DNA of 37,229 bases. Source: Candidatus Uhrbacteria bacterium RIFCSPHIGHO2_02_FULL_53_13. GTDB taxonomy: Bacteria > Patescibacteriota > Patescibacteriia > UBA9934 > UBA11717. The translations under genes were made by a program, and so were the position numbers. Location of the stretch: contig MGDX01000006.1 of assembly GCA_001791035.1 (NCBI GenBank), positions 1,787 to 39,015 of the forward strand, written 5' to 3'. The notes under the pieces were generated by a model. That model was given only the letters and a program-made list of their open reading frames with translations. It was not told the DNA's origin and searched no databases. This document shows positions 7,624-16,486 of the stretch, piece by piece; the stretch's first letter is position 1, and every line of letters starts with the position of its first letter.

Positions 7624-8875
7624 TCAGCGCGTTGAACTCACTGGATGGGTGGACAATGTGCGTACATCCGGCAAAATTGGTTTTGTGCAGTTTCGCGATG
7701 GCACAGGATATGTGCAATGCGTGTTTTCAAAAGGAGACGTTGGTGATGCGACATTCGAGACCGTAAAAGGATTGACGCTTGAAATGGCCGTGCGTGTTGC
7801 GGGCAAGGTTGTCAAAGACGAGCGTTCGCCGTCGGGCGTTGAGGTGCAGGGCACAGCGTGCGAAGTCTTGGCGCCGTCAAAGGAGTATCCAATTTCTAAC
7901 AAAGAACACGGTGTTGATTTTCTGATGGACCATCGTCACTTGTGGCTCCGGTCAAAGCGCCAATGGGCGGTGATGCGCGTGCGCGATACCATTGAACGAG
8001 CGACTGTCGATTTTTTGTACGAAAACGGGTTTTTACGCTTGGACTCGCCGATTTTGACGCCAAACGCGTGCGAAGGAACGACGGAACTCTATGAAGTTGA
8101 TCACTTTGGTCGGCCGGCATACCTTTCGCAATCGGGACAGCTCTACAGTGAGGCCGGCATTTTTGCGCACCGACGCGTGTACGACTTTGGGCCGGTATTT
8201 CGTGCTGAAAAGAGCAAGACACGCCGCCACCTGAACGAGTTTTGGATGATGGATGCTGAAATGGCTTTTTGCGACTTTGAAGAGAGCATGCAGATACAGG
8301 AGGACCTGGTTGTATTCATTGTCGAGCGCGTTTTGTTGGAACGCCGAGCTGAACTGGCGATGCTTGACCGCGATATTTCTGCACTTGAGAAGGTGAAAGG
8401 ACCATTTCCGCGTCTGACACACAAGGAAGCCGTAGAGAAACTACACACACTCGGGAGCGACATCCACGAGGACGAGGACTTGGGAGGCGACGATGAAACG
8501 CTGCTCACCCAAGAATACGAAACGCCGATTTTCGTGACAAAGTATCCGGCGATCGTGAAGGCGTTTTACATGAAGCGTGATCCGCAGGATGACACGCGCG
8601 TGCTTTGCGCCGATCTCTTGGCACCGGAAGGATATGGAGAAGTGATAGGCGGTTCACAGCGTGAAGACGATATAGAAATTCTCATGAACAAAATTCGTGT
8701 TCACGATTTGCCGCTTGAACAATTTCAGTGGTACTTGGATTTGCGCCGTTATGGCTCCGTACCACACAGTGGCTTTGGATACGGACTCGAGCGTTTGGTG
8801 ACATGGATGTGTGGTACTAAGCACGTGCGCGAAGCCATTCCGTTCCCGCGCACGCTCACGCGGCTGGAGCCGTGA
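7586..8875 (+). CDS. asnS: Asparagine--tRNA ligase
   Basis: RHLWLRS, ACEGTT, YLSQSGQLY, FRAEKSKTRRHL.EFWM, YGEVIGGSQRE, WYLDLRRYGSVPHSGFG; start trimmed to ATG 7586 (38-bp overlap with recO). Confidence 0.95.
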   Translation: MISTINRLPSLLDQRVELTGWVDNVRTSGKIGFVQFRDGTGYVQCVFSKGDVGDATFETVKGLTLEMAVRVAGKVVKDERSPSGVEVQGTACEVLAPSKEYPISNKEHGVDFLMDHRHLWLRSKRQWAVMRVRDTIERATVDFLYENGFLRLDSPILTPNACEGTTELYEVDHFGRPAYLSQSGQLYSEAGIFAHRRVYDFGPVFRAEKSKTRRHLNEFWMMDAEMAFCDFEESMQIQEDLVVFIVERVLLERRAELAMLDRDISALEKVKGPFPRLTHKEAVEKLHTLGSDIHEDEDLGGDDETLLTQEYETPIFVTKYPAIVKAFYMKRDPQDDTRVLCADLLAPEGYGEVIGGSQREDDIEILMNKIRVHDLPLEQFQWYLDLRRYGSVPHSGFGYGLERLVTWMCGTKHVREAIPFPRTLTRLEP

Positions 8876-8891
8876 CGACGGTTCTGATTTT

Positions 8892-8947
8892 GAAACTGCT
8901 TTCTTATTCGCCAAGGCTACGGAAGACAGGTCGCTTGGTTCACAAAG
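8892..8947. repeat. REP-like composite repeat, copy 2 (asnS-ddl spacer)
   Basis: GAAACTGCTTT...TTCGCCAAGGCTACGGAAGACAGGTC...GTTCACAAAGA; same architecture as 6766-6823. Confidence 0.6.
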
Positions 8948-9034
8948 ATGGATAGAGGACGCGCTCAAAAGCTTGAGCTTGTTCTATCGGGTGGTGACAA
9001 CGCTTGACAGAATTACACTTGGAGTCAATAATCT

Positions 9035-10129
9035 ATGCGGAAATTAGTTGTGGGGGTAATGTTTGGCGGGCGTTCAGCAGAGCATGAGATTTCTCTATTG
9101 TCGGCCTATAATATCATCGCCGCAATACCAAAAACGAAGTACAGTATCGTTCCGATCGGTGTCAGCAAAGACGGATCATATCTGTGCTATACAAAAGAAG
9201 ACTCCATTCTTCATCCAATGGATGCCAAGAGAGTATGCTTGGCAAAGCACGGCGTTCCTGTCACATTCGAGTTTGGTGAGGAGGGCCGCATTGTTTCGTT
9301 AAAGGGGAATGGCATGAAGAAACGGTTAGACGTTGTTTTTCCCGTCTTGCATGGTACCTATGGGGAAGATGGAACGATGCAGGGACTACTGAGTCTTGCC
9401 GATATTCCGTTTGTGGGTTCGGGTGTTTTGGGCTCAGCGATTGGCATGGATAAGGACGTCGCAAAGCGGTTGTGGCGCGATGCAGGTTTACCGATCGCGA
9501 AGTTTCTCGTTTTTCGCAGTGAAGACATAAAGAACATTCGATTCCAATCGGTCGCACGTAAACTTGGTCTGCCATTTTTTGTCAAACCGGCCATTGCAGG
9601 CTCGTCTGTCGGCGTTCATCGAGTTGTAAACGTAAAACAATTTTCCGATGCACTGCGCGATGCGTTTTCTTTTAGTCGGAAAGTTTTAATTGAACGGATG
9701 ATTGTAGGAAAGGAGATTGAATGTTCTGTTTTGGGGAACGATCAACCAGTTGTCTCATTGCCTGGAATGGTGATTCCCTCACACAGCTTTTATTCTTATG
9801 AAGCAAAATATCTCGACGAGAATGGCGCTCATTTTGAAATTCCCGCTTTATTATCGACGAAGGTTGTAAAAAAGATTCAGCGCATTGTCTTGGAAGCATT
9901 CAAAATTTTGGAGCTTGAGGGGATGGCTCGTATAGACGGTTTTCTCACTCAAAAAGGAGAGTTTATCTTGAGCGAAGCAAATACTATCCCGGGCTTTACC
10001 AAGATCAGCATGTATCCAAAACTGTGGGAGGTGAGTGGTGTGAGCTATCCTGACCTGATTGATCGTCTCATTCAATTGGCGATTGCGCGACACAAAAAAG
10101 AGCGCCTTTTAAAAATGATTCGGCTCTGA
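9035..10129 (+). CDS. ddl: D-alanine--D-alanine ligase (long DdlA-like form)
   Basis: FGGRSAEHEISLLS, FPVLHGTYGEDG, MDK, FVKP..GSSVG, FYSYEAKY, EANTIPGFT..SMYP. Confidence 0.96.
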   Translation: MRKLVVGVMFGGRSAEHEISLLSAYNIIAAIPKTKYSIVPIGVSKDGSYLCYTKEDSILHPMDAKRVCLAKHGVPVTFEFGEEGRIVSLKGNGMKKRLDVVFPVLHGTYGEDGTMQGLLSLADIPFVGSGVLGSAIGMDKDVAKRLWRDAGLPIAKFLVFRSEDIKNIRFQSVARKLGLPFFVKPAIAGSSVGVHRVVNVKQFSDALRDAFSFSRKVLIERMIVGKEIECSVLGNDQPVVSLPGMVIPSHSFYSYEAKYLDENGAHFEIPALLSTKVVKKIQRIVLEAFKILELEGMARIDGFLTQKGEFILSEANTIPGFTKISMYPKLWEVSGVSYPDLIDRLIQLAIARHKKERLLKMIRL

Positions 10130-10176
10130 TTCCCCAATTCGTTGTGTGATAGAATGTCTCCATTCCTATCATACCT

Positions 10177-11580
10177 ATGAAACAGCGTATTTTGGCGGCG
10201 GAAACTACTGGAAAGGTCGGCGAGGAGATTGAAATTTGTGGATGGGTACATGCCCGCCGCAATATGGGGAAGGTGGCTTTTTTGGATATACGCGATCGAT
10301 CGGGCATCGTACAGGTGGTGGTAGTCCCAAAAGAGCTGGATGAAGTATCCAAGTCGCTCATAGAAGGAATTCGTCCGGAATTTGTTCTGCAGATTCGTGG
10401 GACGGTTCAGGCGCGCGGCGAAAAACAGATCAACGCAAACATGAAAACGGGGACGGTGGAAGTACTCGCGACGTCGATCGTGATTTTGAATAGAAGCGAA
10501 ACGCCTCCGTTTGAGATTGATAAAGACACCTTAGGCGTAAGCGAAGATGTGCGGCTCAAGTATCGCTATCTTGATTTGCGTTCCGAGCGTCTTACGCACC
10601 ACATTCGTTTGCGCAGTCGCTTTGTTCAGGCCTGCCGAGAGTTTTTGTTTCAGAGGGACTTTACGGAAATTGAAACGCCGCTCTTGTCACAGGCAACGCC
10701 CGAAGGGTCGCGCGACTTTGTGGTGCCGTCGCGCTTACAGCCGGGGAAGTTTTTTGCGCTTCCACAGAGCCCGCAACAGTACAAACAATTGCTCATGGTC
10801 GCTGGCTTTGAGCGGTATTTTCAAATTGCGCGTGCTCTGCGCGACGAAGATCCTCGTGCCGACCGTGGATTTGAGCACACACAAATTGACATTGAGATGA
10901 GTTTTGTCGATCGCGATCAAGTGATGCAGATGGTGGAAGACATGATGATTCACGCCGTTCAAACGCTGGGGTTTACCATCAAACAGGTTCCGTTTCCGCG
11001 TATTTCGTATCAAGAAGCGATGGAGCGTTATGGCGCCGACAAGTTTGACTTGCGCACGGATGAAGAAAAGGAAAAGAGAATTTTAGCGTACGCGTGGGTG
11101 GTGGATTTTCCGTTTTTCGAAAAGACCGAGAATGGCGGATGGACGTTCACGCATAACCCATTTTCTAACCCTCTGCCGGAATTTCGTGACGATTTGTTGA
11201 ATGGCCGCAACGTTGAGAACATTCTGACATCGCAATACGACTTGGTTTGCAACGGGTATGAGTCGGGCGGAGGCAGTATTCGCGCGCACGAGGCTGAAGT
11301 CTTGCGCGCCACTTATGGCGTGATGGGGTACTCGGACGAAGAAACCGAGGCATCGGTGGGACACATTCTGGAGGCTTTCAAGTATGGTGCGCCGCCGCAC
11401 GGAGGTATAGGGCTTGGCGTGGAGCGCAACATCATGAACTTGACGGGGGAGTCGTATCTGCGTGAAGTCGTGGCGTTTCCGATGACGGGTTCCGGGAATA
11501 CATCGGTGATGCATGCACCGGGGCCGTTGCCAAAGGCGGTGACGGACGAGCTTGGACTGGAAGTAAAGCCGAACCAATGA
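10177..11580 (+). CDS. aspS: Aspartate--tRNA ligase, short form lacking the GAD insertion
   Basis: RLKYRYLDLR, TPEGSRDF, ALPQSPQQYKQLLM, RDED.RADR, GAPPHGGIGLG; only 467 aa. Confidence 0.95.
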   Translation: MKQRILAAETTGKVGEEIEICGWVHARRNMGKVAFLDIRDRSGIVQVVVVPKELDEVSKSLIEGIRPEFVLQIRGTVQARGEKQINANMKTGTVEVLATSIVILNRSETPPFEIDKDTLGVSEDVRLKYRYLDLRSERLTHHIRLRSRFVQACREFLFQRDFTEIETPLLSQATPEGSRDFVVPSRLQPGKFFALPQSPQQYKQLLMVAGFERYFQIARALRDEDPRADRGFEHTQIDIEMSFVDRDQVMQMVEDMMIHAVQTLGFTIKQVPFPRISYQEAMERYGADKFDLRTDEEKEKRILAYAWVVDFPFFEKTENGGWTFTHNPFSNPLPEFRDDLLNGRNVENILTSQYDLVCNGYESGGGSIRAHEAEVLRATYGVMGYSDEETEASVGHILEAFKYGAPPHGGIGLGVERNIMNLTGESYLREVVAFPMTGSGNTSVMHAPGPLPKAVTDELGLEVKPNQ

Positions 11581-12269
11581 GCTACACGGTGACAATGGAG
11601 CAGTTTGAAGGGCCGCTTGGGTTGTTGCTGTCGCTGATTGAACGGCGCGAACTCGACATTTCACAAGTGAGTTTGGCGAGCATCACAGAGGAGTACGTTG
11701 CGCACTTAGAGCGAGTGGAGACAGTCGCCCCGAGTGAGTTGGCGGATTTTTTGGTGGTCGCTTCAAAACTCTTGTATCTCAAATCAAAAACACTCTTGCC
11801 GGAATTGGCGATAGAAGACGAAGAGTCGGGAGCGGATTTAGCCGACCAATTACGCATGTACAAAAGATTTGCTCAAGCTGCTGATTGGTTTGAAACGATG
11901 CTTGGGGACGGTCGCGAGGCGTACGTCGCACCGCGACAAGCGATTGAAGCGTCCGAATTTGCGCCGCCTCTATTGCTGACAACGACCGATTTGTTCAGCG
12001 CTCTCACATCAGTCATTCAACGCCTCCAGCCATATCTCGATCTGCCAAAACGGCTCATGGAGCGCACCGCCAGCGTGGAAGAGCACATTATGCATCTCAA
12101 ACGCCGTATTGCAGAGGGTGCTCGGGTCCTGTTTCACGAAATGGCACAGAGCGGATCTCGCGGCGATATGGTGACGAGTTTTTTAGCGCTTTTGGAGCTT
12201 TTGAAACAAAAGATTGTACGTGTGGAACAGCGAAGCTTGTTTGAAGACATATCCATTGAACGCGTATGA
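11577..12269 (+). CDS. scpA: Segregation and condensation protein A
   Basis: FEGPLGLLL.LI, FLVVASKLLYLKS, FLALLEL. Confidence 0.95.
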   Translation: MSYTVTMEQFEGPLGLLLSLIERRELDISQVSLASITEEYVAHLERVETVAPSELADFLVVASKLLYLKSKTLLPELAIEDEESGADLADQLRMYKRFAQAADWFETMLGDGREAYVAPRQAIEASEFAPPLLLTTTDLFSALTSVIQRLQPYLDLPKRLMERTASVEEHIMHLKRRIAEGARVLFHEMAQSGSRGDMVTSFLALLELLKQKIVRVEQRSLFEDISIERV

Positions 12270-12799
12270 ACACAAAAGTTGCTCAACTTGAGGGCTTGTT
12301 ATTTGTCGCCGGGAAGCCGCTAACACTCACTCGATTGGCAAAAGAATTGAACGCGACACCGGATGAAATTCGTTCAGCGTTAGATCAGGTAACGGAACAT
12401 TTGAATCACGAGGGTTCCGGTATCAGATTGTTTGTGACCCAAAGGGAAGCGTCGTTGATGACCGCGCCGGAGACGGCAGAGTTTGTGCGCGCATACTTAA
12501 AAAAGGATTTGACCGGCGAGCTCACGCGGCCGTCGGTGGAAACGCTTGCCATCATTGCGTATCGCGGGCCGATTACGAAGCCGGAGATTGAGCAGATTCG
12601 CGGAGTGAACTGTTCGCTGATTTTGCGCAACCTGATGATTCGAGGGCTCGTGGACGAAGTAGAGTCACCGGAGGGGAGCACCTACACGGTTTCTATGCCG
12701 TTTTTACGCCATCTGGGAGTGACCTCTATGGATACGTTGCCGGACTTTGCGGTGCTAAGTGATCCCTCGCTCACGGAGTCTTCTGCACCATCAACATGA
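12266..12799 (+). CDS. scpB: Segregation and condensation protein B
   Basis: LEGLLF, ETLAIIAYRGPITK.EIE.IRGV; follows scpA. Confidence 0.95.
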   Translation: MNTKVAQLEGLLFVAGKPLTLTRLAKELNATPDEIRSALDQVTEHLNHEGSGIRLFVTQREASLMTAPETAEFVRAYLKKDLTGELTRPSVETLAIIAYRGPITKPEIEQIRGVNCSLILRNLMIRGLVDEVESPEGSTYTVSMPFLRHLGVTSMDTLPDFAVLSDPSLTESSAPST

Positions 12800-13728
12800 C
12801 TCTCGCTTCCGTGATCAACGTGTTTCTCGTGTTGGCGCTCGTTCCGCTTTTTCCGGGTGCGGTTGTGGCGCCGAATCCAACCGATACGCATGTAGCGCTG
12901 GTGCGTGCCGCAAGCGGCGCGTTCCCGTCTGCCAATCTGCGCGGACCACGGCGCGTGGACACCGACGCGCTCGGTGTGGTGACAAACGCGCCCTCATTTG
13001 TGGTGCGCGATGTGGAAAGCGGCGTGACGCTTCTTTCGGGCGTGCCGAGCGAGCCGCGCCCCATGGCGAGCATCACCAAACTCATGACTGCGCTTGTTTT
13101 CTTGGACGATCCGACGTTTAACCTCGAACGCCGCGGAACGGTTCTGCGCGAAGACGTACGCGACGGCGGGCGTTGGTATATTCGTTTTGGCGATGAGGTG
13201 TCGTTTGATCAAATGCTTTCAGTCATGCTCGTGGGTTCCGGAAACAACGAGACGCTCGCACTTGTGCGCGAGCTGGGACTCTCGGAGGAGACTTTCGTGG
13301 CGCGCATGAACACAATTGCGACCGAGCTTGGCATGTACGACACCGTGTTTGTTGATCCTGTTGGATTGGGGGCGGGAAATCTTTCGACGGCGTACGATGT
13401 GACGCAATTATTGGATGCCGCGCTTGCCAACGAAACGATTGCAGAGCGCGTTCGTCTGCCGTCGTACACGTTTGAATCTAGAACGGGTAACACGTATGTT
13501 GTTGAGGCGACCGACCAACTGCTCGATTCGTACATCAACCGATCGCCGTATGCCATTCACGGCGGTAAGACCGGATTTACGGATGAAGCGGGAGCGTGCC
13601 TTACGATTCGCATCGAGCGTGATGGACACTCGATTGATGTGACCGTGCTTGGCGCCGCGAGCATTGATGGTCGATTTCAAGATGTGAAGGCGCTGACCGA
13701 TTGGGCGTTTAGCGTGTATGAGTGGTGA
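12796..13728 (+). CDS. D-alanyl-D-alanine carboxypeptidase/endopeptidase (peptidase S11)
   Basis: N-terminal hydrophobic segment; catalytic motifs SxxK (ASITKLMT), SxN (SGN), KTG (GKTGFT.EAG). Confidence 0.9.
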   Translation: MTLASVINVFLVLALVPLFPGAVVAPNPTDTHVALVRAASGAFPSANLRGPRRVDTDALGVVTNAPSFVVRDVESGVTLLSGVPSEPRPMASITKLMTALVFLDDPTFNLERRGTVLREDVRDGGRWYIRFGDEVSFDQMLSVMLVGSGNNETLALVRELGLSEETFVARMNTIATELGMYDTVFVDPVGLGAGNLSTAYDVTQLLDAALANETIAERVRLPSYTFESRTGNTYVVEATDQLLDSYINRSPYAIHGGKTGFTDEAGACLTIRIERDGHSIDVTVLGAASIDGRFQDVKALTDWAFSVYEW

Positions 13729-14230
13729 ACTCATAGAGAGCGTATTGTTACTATTGCGCGGATGGCCGCCGGAACTCGTGACGTTTTTGATAGCGTCATT
13801 GCCGGTGTTGGAGGTGCGCGTTGCCGTTCCCGTGGCCATGGAAGGGTTTGGACTTTCCATGTTCTCGGCGAGTTTTTTTGGTTTTCTTGGGAGCGTCGTA
13901 CCTGCGTTTTTGATTCCCACGTTTTTGCACTGGTTTGAAGCTCCATGCCGAAAGCACATTCCATGGTGTGCTCGCGCCTTGGATTGGTCCGCGGAGCATG
14001 TCGAGCGACGATACACAGAGCGATATCGCGCGCTGGGTATGATTGGCTTGGTGGTGTTTGTTGCCGTTCCGTTGCCCATGACGGGCGTGTGGACCGGTTC
14101 TCTGGCCGCGTGGCTCTTTCGCATGAAAAAACGCCACGCGATTCCGGCAATCATGGTCGGCGCAGCAATCTCAACGGTGATCGTGACGCTCGCGACTATG
14201 GGCGTGTTCGGAGTTTTGCGGTGGCTCTAA
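13718..14230 (+). CDS. Putative small multidrug export-family membrane protein (COG2426-like)
   Basis: LPVLEVRVAVP, GLVVFVAVPLPMTGVWTG signature. Confidence 0.8.
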   Translation: MSGELIESVLLLLRGWPPELVTFLIASLPVLEVRVAVPVAMEGFGLSMFSASFFGFLGSVVPAFLIPTFLHWFEAPCRKHIPWCARALDWSAEHVERRYTERYRALGMIGLVVFVAVPLPMTGVWTGSLAAWLFRMKKRHAIPAIMVGAAISTVIVTLATMGVFGVLRWL

Positions 14231-14691
14231 AACCATCGTTGGGCCACGATGACAAAAACCGCTTGGGCAAACAACGCATAGCGCAGAGGGACGTCGCCCC
14301 AGCGATTGGAAATCATATTGTGGAAGAAGAAATGGAGGCGATGGAACCACCGCAGCCATTTTATGTGGAATGCCTCATGGATACCGATGATGAGGTCCGG
14401 CAAGATGGATCCGATAACGCCCATCGCGATGGAGGCGTTTAGGTACTGAACGGGCTGGAAGCCGGTCATGAGCGCGATAACCATGACGGCGACAATACCG
14501 TCTATGGTGACGAACGCGTAAGCGCGGCGGTGTTTTTGTTTACGTTTGTGGTTTTCGTACAGTTCGCGATCGCCATGGGGAATGATGTCGACGAGGAAGT
14601 GAGATAGTAAACCTGCGCCAAATGCCAAAAAAGGATTTCCGGTGGCGGCGCCAATCAAAGCGCCAATAGTTGCATGGGTCGTGAGGGTCAT
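14227..14691 (-). CDS. Membrane protein, possibly a metal-dependent hydrolase (YdjM-like)
   Basis: TTHA..G, SHFLVDIIPH.D, LPD, FH..H motifs plus TM segments; TGcTATACT lies 9 nt upstream of the ATG. Confidence 0.7.
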   Translation of the reverse strand: MTLTTHATIGALIGAATGNPFLAFGAGLLSHFLVDIIPHGDRELYENHKRKQKHRRAYAFVTIDGIVAVMVIALMTGFQPVQYLNASIAMGVIGSILPDLIIGIHEAFHIKWLRWFHRLHFFFHNMISNRWGDVPLRYALFAQAVFVIVAQRWF

Positions 14692-14756
14692 GGAAAACCA
14701 AGTATAGCATGCTTGACGGCAATCTTCAAAGATGGTGTACTCGTATTGGATACATC

Positions 14757-15455
14757 ATGAACATCCAACTCCCACGGGAAATAAAGGGAAGTGATGCGGT
14801 GCTTGTGACGTTGCTTTTGGACGATTCGGATTCGATTAGTGCCTGCAGGAACGTCTCTGTGGTGACACGCGGGGCCAACGCATTTCGCGAGCAGTTGATT
14901 CGGCGTGGCGGAAGCGCGATGCAAGCATTTTTGCGCGTTGCTACGCTCAATCAACGAGACGTTGGCCGCGACTTTGTTGTCCTATCAAATACCGAGCCGC
15001 TGGAAAACGACGACTGGTTCAGGCCGGGTTTCAATACCCCGCTCTTTGCGGCGGCGCGCCGCGCCTTGTACGTGTCGGCAGAGTCCGCTCGCCGCGCACG
15101 GGTGTGGTACAGCGGCGACGTTTTGTCCATCACGGTGATTGTGACCGACGGCGCCGACAATGCCAGTGGAGACATTACGGCGCAGAGAGTGTGCCGTCGT
15201 GTGCAGAAGATGCTTGCTACAGGGCATCACATGGTGGTTGGTTGTGGCGTTTATGACGGTGCGACCGATTTCCATGCCGTATTCCGGAGCATGGGCATTC
15301 CAGACCGGATGGTCATGGTCATGGAACGAACCGACGAGGACATTGAGGAGGGTTTGACAAACCTTGGACGGTTTGCGGCAGCCTCGACGGAGAACATTGG
15401 CACGTTCACGCAGAATCTTGCGGCTGGGGTTGGGTCCACGCCGTCCGTGCCGTAG
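14757..15455 (+). CDS. vWA-like domain protein
   Basis: MIDAS-like LLDDSDS, TPLF, IVTDGADNAS; start could alternatively be 14709. Confidence 0.7.
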   Translation: MNIQLPREIKGSDAVLVTLLLDDSDSISACRNVSVVTRGANAFREQLIRRGGSAMQAFLRVATLNQRDVGRDFVVLSNTEPLENDDWFRPGFNTPLFAAARRALYVSAESARRARVWYSGDVLSITVIVTDGADNASGDITAQRVCRRVQKMLATGHHMVVGCGVYDGATDFHAVFRSMGIPDRMVMVMERTDEDIEEGLTNLGRFAAASTENIGTFTQNLAAGVGSTPSVP

Positions 15456-15461
15456 CTTTTT

Positions 15462-15492
15462 TCGCCCAACGTCGGTGCACGATGTTGGGCGA
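15462..15492. terminator. Stem-loop, probable terminator of the vWA gene
   Basis: TCGCCCAACGTCG-gtgca-CGATGTTGGGCGA. Confidence 0.6.
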
Positions 15493-15501
15493 TCGTATTT
15501 C

Positions 15502-15530
15502 TTGACAGACACAGGGCAAAACGGTACACT
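15502..15530 (+). promoter_or_regulatory. sigma70 promoter for the tRNA-Met pair
   Basis: TTGACA-17 bp-TACACT. Confidence 0.75.
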
Positions 15531-15568
15531 CGTGACGAAAATCCGAGCGATAAGGTGGGGAGTGATGT

Positions 15569-15645
15569 GGCGGGGTAGCTCAGCTGGTTAGAGCACAGGC
15601 TTCATAAGCCTGGGGTCGCGGGTTCAAGTCCCGCCTCCGCTACCA
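15569..15645 (+). tRNA. tRNA-Met (CAT), elongator
   Basis: GGCGGGG TA GCTC..GAGC A CAGGC TT CAT AA GCCTG..GCGGG TTCAAGT CCCGC CTCCGCT A CCA; paired 1:72 (G:U). Confidence 0.92.
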
Positions 15646-15647
15646 AT

Positions 15648-15722
15648 GGAAGTTGGAGGTTAGAGATTGGAAGTCGGAACTCGCGAGGCCTTACTAGAAG
15701 CTAAAAGCCAACGGCCAATAGC
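15648..15722 (+). repeat. Intergenic heptamer-repeat element, copy 2
   Basis: GGAAGTT GGAGGTT AGAGATT GGAAGTC GGAACTC GCGAGGCC ... AAAAGCC AACGGCC AATAGC; related to 3247-3338. Confidence 0.7.
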
Positions 15723-15743
15723 GCACATGCAAGGAATGTACAC

Positions 15744-15820
15744 AGCGGGGTAGAGCAGCCAGGCAGCTCGCCAGGCCCATAACCTGGAGGTCGCAGGTTC
15801 GAATCCTGCCCCCGCAACCA
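15744..15820 (+). tRNA. tRNA-fMet (CAT), initiator
   Basis: AGCGGGG TA GAGC..GCTC G CCAGG CC CAT AA CCTGG..CCCCGCA A CCA; 1:72 mismatch and A11:U24 are initiator hallmarks. Confidence 0.92.
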
Positions 15821-15825
15821 AAATG

Positions 15826-15858
15826 CGCATCTCTCTTATGAGAGGTGCGGATTTTTTT
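15826..15858 (+). terminator. Rho-independent terminator after the tRNAs
   Basis: CGCATCTCTC-ttat-GAGAGGTGCG followed by T7. Confidence 0.8.
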
Positions 15859-15900
15859 GTTATACTGGATGCATCCTAATATCTCGTATACTCGAATCAT

Positions 15901-16485
15901 ATGAACAAAAGAAAATCGCTTACTCCGTATCTATTGGTTGTCGCTATTGTTTTGGTGCTTGCTCTCTGGCTTGGCGGAACCTACAACGGTCTTGTGCAAA
16001 AAGATTCGCTCGTGCAGACGCGCTTTGCGGATGTGGAAGCGCAATATCAGCGACGCTTCGACTTGATTCCAAACGTGGTGAGCACCGTGGAGGGTTCGGC
16101 GGCGTTTGAGCAAGATACGCTTCAAGCGGTTACCGAAGCGCGCAGTGCGTGGGCGCGCGCGGGAGCCGCGCGTGACATGGACGGCCAAGTGGCGGCGGCA
16201 GGCGTGTTTGACTCCGCGCTGACGCGGTTGCTCGTGACCGTGGAAGCATATCCTGTCATTCAAAGCACGCAGGCGTTTCGCGATTTGATGACCGAGCTTG
16301 AAGGCACGGAAAACCGCATTGCCGTTGCGCGCCGCGACTACAACCAGGCGGTCAACACCTACAATGTGGCGGTTCGCCGCGTTCCATCAAACATCGTGGC
16401 GGCGTTGTTTGGATTCGATGCGCATGAGTTTTTCGCGGCGGTGGAGAACGCCGAGGCGGCTCCGTCGGTTGAGTTTGAACTTTAG
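15901..16485 (+). CDS. lemA: LemA family protein
   Basis: N-terminal TM, YNGLV, YQRRFDLIPN, EAYP, LEGTENRIAVARRDYN. Confidence 0.95.
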   Translation: MNKRKSLTPYLLVVAIVLVLALWLGGTYNGLVQKDSLVQTRFADVEAQYQRRFDLIPNVVSTVEGSAAFEQDTLQAVTEARSAWARAGAARDMDGQVAAAGVFDSALTRLLVTVEAYPVIQSTQAFRDLMTELEGTENRIAVARRDYNQAVNTYNVAVRRVPSNIVAALFGFDAHEFFAAVENAEAAPSVEFEL

Positions 16486-16486
16486 T

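Noticed and set aside
9004..9032. TTGACA-17-AATAAT promoter for ddl
   Set aside because: The -10 ends 2 nt before the ATG, so the predicted start site would fall inside the start region; spacing is not convincing.
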